Source: Candidatus Woesearchaeota archaeon
GTDB lineage: Archaea > Nanobdellota > Nanobdellia > Pacearchaeales > GW2011-AR1
DNA: 24,654 nucleotides
Assembly (NCBI GenBank): GCA_964384935.1
Contig: CAYLLQ010000003.1
Location: 1 to 24,654, forward strand
Direction: 5' to 3'
Shown in pieces: positions 19,101 to 24,654 of the stretch. Made by a program: the position numbers and the translations under genes. Below the pieces are notes generated by a model. The model saw only the letters and a program-made list of their open reading frames with translations, was not told the origin of the DNA and ran no database searches. Numbering within the stretch: position 1 is the first letter of the stretch; the number at the start of each line of letters is the position of its first letter.

Positions 19101-21155
19101 AATCCAGAATACGAGCCGATTTGGGAAATGACTGCAAAATATGGTATTCCCTATTTTTCTAACTTTATTAATTCAGATATGAATCCTGAAGACGCGAGAA
19201 GTATGTGCCCATTGGCAGGAGATGAAAAAGTATTAATAAAATCATCACGGGGGGGAGAGGTAGAGTTTGGAGAAATAAGAAATATCTTTAAGAGTCAAAA
19301 AGAAGATTATGAAATTTATTCAGATGGTGAATTTGTCAAAGGAACTTTTAATGAGTTCAAAAACCAGGAGATGATAAATGTTAAACTAGAAAACGGGCAC
19401 AGCATTAAAATGTCTGAAGAACATCTGAATTTTGTTTGTTGTGGGAAAGGAAATGAAGAACAAACGATAAAAGGAAAAGAGCTAAAAACGAGTATGTATC
19501 TTCCCTATTCTTTAAAAGAATATCTAGGTGAAGGAGGAAACAATGACTTAGGTTATTTTGTTGGTGCCTATGCTGGAGATGGAAGTTTTGATGGAGATAC
19601 GACGGTTGTTTTTTCACTTGAAGAAACTTATAAAAAGGAAGTTATAGAAAAGCTAACTAAGATAGCAAAAGATTTCTTTTCAGCACATGTTTCTATTTCT
19701 AAGGATAAAGACACTAAGTTAGTTACTCTTAGAGTTCACTCTAGAGCGGCGGTAGGATTATGTAAGGACTTTGTAGATGGAAAAGAAAGGGAAAAACATT
19801 ATAGATCGAAATTATTTGTTTCAAGTTTAGAATTTAGAAAGGGTGTTTTAGAAGGGCATTATTTGACTGATGGTGGAAATAGAAATAGAATTTATACTTC
19901 ATCAAAAAAAATGGTGGAAACACTAAATATGCTCGCAGCAACTCTGGGAACAACAACTTCGATTTATATAGATGACAGAGAGAGAAGACTAGGTACAGAA
20001 CCAAATTATTCTGTTTTGTTTTATCAATTAAATAGAGAAAGTTATGGTAATTTCTGGTTTAAACAAGATAATAAATTGTGGGTAAAAATAAAAGAGATAG
20101 AGAAAATATCAAATACCTCTGCTTATTGCTTTGAGGTGAAGGAATCAAAACCAATTTTCACAGTGGGTACAACGGGGATCTTGACACATAACTGCCGTCT
20201 TAGGCTCGATCAAACAGAATTAAGAAGAAGAGGGGGAGGTTTATTTGGAGCTAATCCACAGACAGGTTCAATAGGGGTTGTTACAATAAATATGCCTCGG
20301 CTAGGATTTATTTCAGCTGATGAAAAGGATTTTTTAAAAAAGTTGGAAGGATTAATGGAGCTTGCTAAAGAAAGTTTAGAAATAAAAAGGAAGGCTATTG
20401 AAAAGTTTACTGAAATTGGATTATATCCCTATTCAAAATTTTATCTAAACAATGTTCATAAGAGATTTGGAGAATACTGGAAAAATCATTTTGCAACAAT
20501 TGGTTTACTTGGAATGAATGAAGCAATAACAAACTTTATGTCTGGAGAAAATATCACAACTGAAAAAGGAAAAGCATTTGCAATTCGCGTTTTAGATTTT
20601 ATGAGAGAGAAACTACAAGAATATCAGAAGGAAACTGGAAATATTTATAATCTAGAGGCTACGCCAGGAGAAGGTACAACTTATCGATTTGCTAGAATAG
20701 ATAAAAAAACATACGGAAGAATTTTAGTTGCAAATGACAAGGCAGTTAAAGAGAGTGGAGCCAAACCATATTATACAAACTCAACACAACTTCCAGTGAA
20801 TTACACACATGATGTTTTTGAAGCGTTGGAATTACAAGACGATTTACAAACAAAATACACCGGAGGAACAGTTTTCCATACTTTTATAGGAGAAAAATTG
20901 CAAGCAGAGGGTGTTAAAAAATTAGTTAGAAAAATCGCAGAGAAATTTAGTCTTCCGTATTTTACAATTACTCCAACATTTTCTGTTTGTCCTAAACACG
21001 GGTACATTGCAGGAGAACATTATTACTGTCCAAAATGTGATCAAGAAATAGGATATGTAGAGGAAACGGAAATTGCTAATAGAGCTCAGGTCATAGATGC
21101 AGTTAGAGAAAAAGAGTATCAGGAGGAAAAGAAAGATGCCCCTGCAAATTACTGA
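16137..21155 (+). CDS. nrdD: Anaerobic (class III) ribonucleotide reductase with three inteins, lacking the C-terminal glycyl-radical motif
   Basis: N-terminal ATP-cone, HVHDL, GAQAFS, LEATPGEGT, YTGGTVFH, CPKH..CPKC; about 700 aa after removing the inteins. Confidence 0.93.
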   Translation: MVSKIRKRDGSVVQFQEFKITEAIWKAVKAVGGTDKEKAERLGEEVIRQLNEKFGELGIPSVEEVQDLVEKILIEAGHAKVAKAYILYRKSHDELRSIKGLFDTIEAVDDYIGLNDWMVKENSNMGFSLQGLNNYIATKIITNYWMRRIYPEAVRTVHESGDLHVHDLGTLGAYCYDDKTKILTEAGWKFFKDVKEGEKVATKNIATREIEFQVPHAKQVYNYSGKMYSYEGRSVSLLVTPEHRLLVRRKGKTKWEFLTPPDFKYGMEFDKTGSWKGKTANFFHVPEMRGGNQKKTIGKIEIKDYLEFMGWFLSEGSVYEPSKGDFRISIAQSRKKYREEICSLLKKMNLHFNDSSEFNIHLHSKELYYYLKQFGKSGEKYLPTNIKELNSDLIKVFLTTLFKGDGSYSEKNKLLKYYTKSEKLAEDVCECLLKIGLCGTITKRKGMNIYMVSVENNHLTPIYRKKEKVVEYSGKVYDFSVKNTTLIVMRNGKIVVSGNCVGWDLKDLLILGFKGVQGKVASKPPKHFRTALGQMVNFFYTLQGETAGAQAFSNVDSLLAPFIRYDNLSYKEVKQSIQEFLFNLAVPTRVGFQCMSEDTEILTPNGWASYNDLKKGDTIKTFNIEKRVIEDKPIRKLFAREYSGIMYNLKNRIQDQLISPGHRVVRKRFQTENYYLEPIEEIDKMKSPFIVPIAGENVVKDSKISDEQIKLMSWIIGEGSIERPGKSRCCYRVSIYQSEIKNNEKYKEIKKLLDHFKLKYSEYTQKGMGCDVKRIRLDAESSKKIHSWFGTKESIKFIPQILLNMSQMQSRLFLETYIKAEGFENCKIATTDQEILDGLQQIAVNSCYGFTVLTRKPTIGKKLIYVLRLINHQDSYIQKIEKINYSGIIWCPNTDNETVIARRNGKVFITGNTPFTNVTMDLKVPEYMKNEPVIIGGKPQKETYKEFQKEMDMFNKAFAEGMLEGDADGRVFTFPIPTYNITKDFDWENPEYEPIWEMTAKYGIPYFSNFINSDMNPEDARSMCPLAGDEKVLIKSSRGGEVEFGEIRNIFKSQKEDYEIYSDGEFVKGTFNEFKNQEMINVKLENGHSIKMSEEHLNFVCCGKGNEEQTIKGKELKTSMYLPYSLKEYLGEGGNNDLGYFVGAYAGDGSFDGDTTVVFSLEETYKKEVIEKLTKIAKDFFSAHVSISKDKDTKLVTLRVHSRAAVGLCKDFVDGKEREKHYRSKLFVSSLEFRKGVLEGHYLTDGGNRNRIYTSSKKMVETLNMLAATLGTTTSIYIDDRERRLGTEPNYSVLFYQLNRESYGNFWFKQDNKLWVKIKEIEKISNTSAYCFEVKESKPIFTVGTTGILTHNCRLRLDQTELRRRGGGLFGANPQTGSIGVVTINMPRLGFISADEKDFLKKLEGLMELAKESLEIKRKAIEKFTEIGLYPYSKFYLNNVHKRFGEYWKNHFATIGLLGMNEAITNFMSGENITTEKGKAFAIRVLDFMREKLQEYQKETGNIYNLEATPGEGTTYRFARIDKKTYGRILVANDKAVKESGAKPYYTNSTQLPVNYTHDVFEALELQDDLQTKYTGGTVFHTFIGEKLQAEGVKKLVRKIAEKFSLPYFTITPTFSVCPKHGYIAGEHYYCPKCDQEIGYVEETEIANRAQVIDAVREKEYQEEKKDAPANY
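16659..17633 (+). mobile_element. Intein 1 (325 aa) with LAGLIDADG endonuclease
   Basis: GAY|CYDDKTKIL...TPEH...VYDFSV...VSGN|CVGW; FMGWFLSEGS and LFKGDGS motifs. Confidence 0.9.
17916..18872 (+). mobile_element. Intein 2 (319 aa) with LAGLIDADG-like domain
   Basis: GFQ|CMSEDTEIL...SPGH...IWCPNT...ITGN|TPFT; WIIGEGS and YIKAEG motifs. Confidence 0.9.
19209..20192 (+). mobile_element. Intein 3 (328 aa if Pro1; starts at 19206 if Cys1) with LAGLIDADG endonuclease
   Basis: RSMC|PLAGDEKVLI...SEEH...AYCFEV...ILTHN|CRL; VGAYAGDGS and YLTDGG motifs. Confidence 0.88.
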
Positions 21156-21186
21156 TTCAAATTCACAAAAAAATGGAGGTGAAAAA

Positions 21187-21309
21187 ATGCAAAGAACAAA
21201 ATGCGAAGTAAATTCAAGAGTCTGCGGATACATAAGACCGGTAGCCCAGTGGAACGAGGGTAAAGAGGCGGAGTTCAAAGACAGAAAAACTTTCAAGGTT
21301 AGCGCTTAA
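21187..21309 (+). CDS. Stand-alone NrdD glycyl-radical domain (40 aa)
   Basis: GGAGGTG RBS just upstream; MQRTKCEVNSRVCGYIRPVAQWNEGKEAEFKDRKTF resembles the YSRVxGY(L/I)RP..WN.GK..EF.DR motif. Confidence 0.85.
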   Translation: MQRTKCEVNSRVCGYIRPVAQWNEGKEAEFKDRKTFKVSA

Positions 21310-21316
21310 TATTTCT

Positions 21317-21353
21317 AGGGAAATCCTTTTGGATTTTCCTTTTTTGTTTTTTT
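21317..21353 (+). terminator. Hairpin plus T-tract terminator
   Basis: AGGGAAATCC-TTTT-GGATTTTCCT followed by a long T-run. Confidence 0.7.
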
Positions 21354-21367
21354 GAGAGAAAGATTAT

Positions 21368-21850
21368 TTATCTTTCGGATGCTTCAATCATCTCTAAAAG
21401 ATTCACAGTATTTGCTTTGTTTAAACATGGAATTCCTTCACCAGTTGCATTTCCTACAGCATTATGATTTCCAGAAATAGCCATAAATTGTGATCTTCCA
21501 GATTCAACATCTCCTCTAACATGTCCATATACTGTCAATGCTGGATCGCACGAATCTCCTCCAACTGTTCCCAAATTAATATCCATAATATACCATTCAA
21601 ATTTGTTTGCTGGTGGAAAATCCGCAGGACTGCCAAGGGGAATTCCCATTTCGCTTAACATTTCATCAACAGAACCTGCTTTAGAAACCCTATAACCCGC
21701 AAATTTTAGAGAATCAGAAAGCATCCCGTCGTACATGTGATTATGCATTGCTAACAGTGCTCTACGTGTTGTTTCTTCCATATTGAATTCATGAAAAGGA
21801 GGCATATTAAAAACTTTTCGCTTCAAAGATAGATACTTGGAATAGTCCAT
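21368..21850 (-). CDS. Divergent CheY-like receiver domain protein (minus strand; ORF track says +)
   Basis: The ATG is the reverse complement of CAT at 21848-21850 and the stop is TTA at 21368-21370. AGYRVSKAGSVDEML, YIMDINL, MAISG and CLNK match receiver spacing. Confidence 0.65.
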   Translation of the reverse strand: MDYSKYLSLKRKVFNMPPFHEFNMEETTRRALLAMHNHMYDGMLSDSLKFAGYRVSKAGSVDEMLSEMGIPLGSPADFPPANKFEWYIMDINLGTVGGDSCDPALTVYGHVRGDVESGRSQFMAISGNHNAVGNATGEGIPCLNKANTVNLLEMIEASER

Positions 21851-21888
21851 TTTGATAAATATAAAAAGCCCGTTAGAGAATTAATTAT

Positions 21889-22590
21889 ATGGGAATCGTT
21901 GGACTTCAGGAAACAACCTTGATTGATTATCCTGGAGAAATTGCCTGCACTTTATTTTTTTTTGGTTGTAATTTTAGATGTGGATTTTGTCACAATCCAG
22001 AATTAGTTGTTGAGGAAAATAACAATAGAATTAGTGAAGAAAAGATTTTAGAATTCTTGAAAAAAAGGTGTGGACAGCTAGACGGGGTTTGTATAACTGG
22101 TGGAGAACCATTAATGAGTATTACAGAAGATTTCTTAAAAAAAATAAAGGATTTAGGTTATAAAATAAAAATAGATACAAATGGGAGTTTTCCTGAAAGA
22201 TTAAAAGACTTAGTCGAAAAATGTTTGGTTGATTTTGTTGCTATGGATATTAAAACAGATAAAGAAAATTATTCAAAAGTTTGTTCTTGTAATGTAGATA
22301 TTAAAAAAATTGAGGAAAGTATTCGGATAATTTCAAAACTAAAAAACTATGAATTTAGAACGACAATTTTAGAAGGAATGCATTCTGAAAACGAAATTGA
22401 GAATTTGTCTAAATGGTTAAACGAGATTTGCAGAGGAAAACCTAAAAAATTTATTCTGCAAGGTTTCAAAAATAAAGGGAAAATGATTGATTTAAAGTTT
22501 AGAAAAGAAAAAGATACTTCAGAGGAATATCTTAAAAAGATAAAGGAGAAAATTAAACAGTATTTTGAAAAAGTAGAGATTCGAGTCTAA
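21889..22590 (+). CDS. nrdG: Anaerobic RNR activating enzyme (radical SAM)
   Basis: IDYPG, GCNFRCGFCHNP, ITGGEP, DTNG and YEFRTT motifs. Confidence 0.92.
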   Translation: MGIVGLQETTLIDYPGEIACTLFFFGCNFRCGFCHNPELVVEENNNRISEEKILEFLKKRCGQLDGVCITGGEPLMSITEDFLKKIKDLGYKIKIDTNGSFPERLKDLVEKCLVDFVAMDIKTDKENYSKVCSCNVDIKKIEESIRIISKLKNYEFRTTILEGMHSENEIENLSKWLNEICRGKPKKFILQGFKNKGKMIDLKFRKEKDTSEEYLKKIKEKIKQYFEKVEIRV

Positions 22591-22624
22591 TAAATAATAT
22601 AAAGAGTGAAATAAATAGAATAAA

Positions 22625-23722
22625 ATGATAATCGGAGTGACTGGAACATTAGGTGCTGGAAAGGGAACAATTGTAGAGTTTCTTAAACAAAAAGGGTTCA
22701 AACATTATTCCGTTAGAGATTTTTTAGTTGCAGAAATGAATCGACTCGGAGTAGAGAATAATAGAGATAATATGGTTAAAGTGGCAAATCATTTGAGGGA
22801 GAAAAACTCTCCAAGTTATATTGCTGAAAAATTATATGAGCAAGCGGAAAAAGATGGCGGTAATTGTGTTATAGAGAGTTTGCGGGCAATTGGAGAGGTA
22901 GATGCTTTAAGAAAAAAAGGGGAATTTTTTTTATTTGCAATTGATGCAGACATTAAGTCGAGATATTCCAGAATAATTCTCAGGCAAAGTACAACGGACA
23001 ACATTTCTTTTGATGAATTTGTTGAAAATGAAAAACGGGAAATGAATTCAAATGACCCGAATAAGCAAAATCTTTCTAAATGTATCGCTATGGCTGATTT
23101 TATTTTTCAAAATAATAGTTCTATTCAAGAATTGTTTCGAAAAGTTGGGGAGGCGTTAGTAATCATTTCTTCTGAAGGAAAAATTGTTGAGGAAAAAAGA
23201 GATGCCCCGGAAGTTAAGATGGAAAAAGTAAATGTTAAAGAAATTCATCAAAGGCCTTCGTGGGATGAGTATTTTATGAAGATTATGGATGCTGTTGCAA
23301 CAAGGGCAACTTGCGATAGAGGAAGAAGCGGATGTGTTATTGCAAAGGATAAACAAATCTTAGTTACGGGTTACGTTGGATCTCCGATTGGAATTCCCCA
23401 TTGTGATGAAATTGGACATCAAATAAAAACAACCATTCACGAAGACGGAAGTAAATCGGACCATTGTGTAAGAACGACTCATGCAGAACAAAATGCAATT
23501 TGTCAAGCAGCAAAATTAGGAATTCCTATTAACGGGGCAACTCTTTATTGCAGAATGACCCCCTGTTCTACATGTGCTAAAATGATAATAAACTCTGGTA
23601 TAAAAAAAGTAGTATGCCAAAAAAAGTACCATCAAAGTAAAGAGTCTGAAGAACTTTTTTCTAAAGCAGGTGTAGAATTATTTACATTAAATAACGAAGT
23701 AGAGCAATATAAGAATCAATGA
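22625..23722 (+). CDS. P-loop nucleotide-kinase-like domain fused to dCMP deaminase
   Basis: GTLGAGKGT P-loop; C-terminal RPSWDEYFM, HAEQNAI and PCSTC motifs. Confidence 0.85.
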   Translation: MIIGVTGTLGAGKGTIVEFLKQKGFKHYSVRDFLVAEMNRLGVENNRDNMVKVANHLREKNSPSYIAEKLYEQAEKDGGNCVIESLRAIGEVDALRKKGEFFLFAIDADIKSRYSRIILRQSTTDNISFDEFVENEKREMNSNDPNKQNLSKCIAMADFIFQNNSSIQELFRKVGEALVIISSEGKIVEEKRDAPEVKMEKVNVKEIHQRPSWDEYFMKIMDAVATRATCDRGRSGCVIAKDKQILVTGYVGSPIGIPHCDEIGHQIKTTIHEDGSKSDHCVRTTHAEQNAICQAAKLGIPINGATLYCRMTPCSTCAKMIINSGIKKVVCQKKYHQSKESEELFSKAGVELFTLNNEVEQYKNQ

Positions 23723-24132
23723 AAATAAAAGTAAAAAAATTAGATAGTCGGGCGGTTATTCCGAGTTATGCAAAAGAAGGCGATGCTGGAATGGATGTTG
23801 TTGCCATTTCTAAAGAAGAAACAGAAAAGTATATTGAATATGGAACCGGTTTGGCTTTTGAAATTCCGGAAGGATATGTTTGTTTAGTTTTTCCGAGAAG
23901 TAGTCTTTCTAAAAAGGATTTAATTCTTTCAAATCATGTCGCGGTTTTGGATTCTGGTTACAGAGGGGAATTAAAATTAAGATTTAGAAGAGTTGGAGAA
24001 GAAGTTTATGATGTAGGAGATAGAATTGGACAAATTATGATTGTGCCTTATCCAAGAGTTGAATTTGAAGCAGTTGAAAAATTATCTGAAACAAGTAGAA
24101 AAGACGGTGGATTTGGTAGCACTGGAAATTGA
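23719..24132 (+). CDS. dut: Trimeric dUTPase
   Basis: AGMD, PRSS, VLDSGYRGE, DRIGQ and GGFGSTG motifs. Confidence 0.93.
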   Translation: MKIKVKKLDSRAVIPSYAKEGDAGMDVVAISKEETEKYIEYGTGLAFEIPEGYVCLVFPRSSLSKKDLILSNHVAVLDSGYRGELKLRFRRVGEEVYDVGDRIGQIMIVPYPRVEFEAVEKLSETSRKDGGFGSTGN

Positions 24133-24166
24133 AAATCTTTATAAGTTCATGGTTTTTATAAAAAAG

Positions 24167-24481
24167 ATGGTAGAAGAATTGACAAACGGGGAATTTGAAG
24201 AATTTATCAAGAAAGGAACTGTTTTAATTGACTTCTTTGCAGATTGGTGTATGCCTTGTATGATGATGGCTCCGGTAGTTGAAGAACTTTCTGAGAAATT
24301 TAAAGGCAAAATTAAAATAGGAAAAGTTAACATTGAAGATAATCAGGCACTAGCTCAGAAATACAATGTTAGTTCTATTCCAAATTTTATAGTACTCCAA
24401 GAAGGTAAAGTTGTTGAACAATTTGTCGGGGGAATGAGCGAAGAAGACCTAGAGGACAAATTAAATGGATACTTAGAATAA
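24167..24481 (+). CDS. trxA: Thioredoxin (second copy)
   Basis: IDFFADWCMPC; likely start is ATG 24167, downstream of the dut stop. Confidence 0.9.
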   Translation: MVEELTNGEFEEFIKKGTVLIDFFADWCMPCMMMAPVVEELSEKFKGKIKIGKVNIEDNQALAQKYNVSSIPNFIVLQEGKVVEQFVGGMSEEDLEDKLNGYLE

Positions 24482-24552
24482 TTTAATTTCTCTATGGTCC
24501 TCGAGCAGGGCTCTGTGGATACAAGGTAAACCTTGCATAAAGATAAATTAAA
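24482..24552 (+). ncRNA. Candidate structured element, copy 2 (three-way junction)
   Basis: Stem TTTAATTTCTCT/AGATAAATTAAA (11 of 12 pairs) encloses ATGGTCCTC-GAGC/AGG/GCTC-TGTGGATA-CAAGG/TAAA/CCTTG-CATAA. Confidence 0.6.
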
Positions 24553-24654
24553 CGGTTATTTGTAAAATACAAAGATTTTTTAAACTAAATAATTCTTGAT
24601 TTTACGTTTAGGATAAATGTAAGTTTGTTCTAAAACCTAGAATGGTTGCGTAGC

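Noticed and set aside
21097-21186. Upstream extension of the small glycyl-radical ORF, or a programmed frameshift from nrdD
   Set aside because: The strong GGAGGTG RBS before ATG 21187 explains it more simply, and the extension has no NrdD-like sequence.
21368-21850. Plus-strand label in the ORF track
   Set aside because: The listed protein MDYSKY... is read from the reverse complement starting at 21850; the plus strand there does not encode it.
540-24333. Short antisense or alternative-frame ORFs in the track (e.g. 540-788, 1128-1358, 5050-5313, 8113-8451, 18741-18980, 20922-21296)
   Set aside because: They overlap well-supported genes and have no motifs, so they are treated as shadow ORFs.
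24644-24654. GGTTGCGTAGC at the window end looks like the first 11 nt of a tRNA
   Set aside because: Truncated by the window edge; too short to support.
1-24654. CRISPR array, rRNA, transposase or integrase
   Set aside because: No regularly spaced repeats, rRNA-like sequence or recombinase motifs were seen.

Overview
AT-rich window, probably from a small-genome archaeon. DPANN (Pacearchaeota/Woesearchaeota-like) is an inference from TATA-like promoters, a COG3355-type regulator and the gene content. The left half is a metal/redox region: partial arsM, DUF1858, iscU, DUF4405, a membrane HTH protein, purF, an HMA-TauE-cupredoxin fusion, copA, SIMPL, an NAD epimerase, trxA, an HTH regulator, trxB, hemerythrin and a tRNA thiolase. 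The right half is a dNTP-supply operon: nrdR with tandem NrdR boxes, nrdD with three inteins, a separately encoded 40-aa glycyl-radical domain, nrdG, a kinase-dCMP deaminase fusion, dut and a second thioredoxin. The most unusual signals are (1) a GC-rich multi-hairpin repeat inserted in the same reading frame inside three different genes; (2) a covarying three-way-junction element starting immediately after two unrelated stop codons; (3) an RNase H/DUF3800-like gene with a 3' structured RNA, flanked by 17-bp direct repeats; (4) a probable Pro1/class-3-like intein at the NrdD active site; (5) a lipoprotein-like ORF with one in-frame TGA. The supplied ORF track gives the wrong strand for 21368..21850, which is on the minus strand. 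No CRISPR array, rRNA or complete tRNA was seen. All family calls come from motif recognition by eye; no database searches were run.
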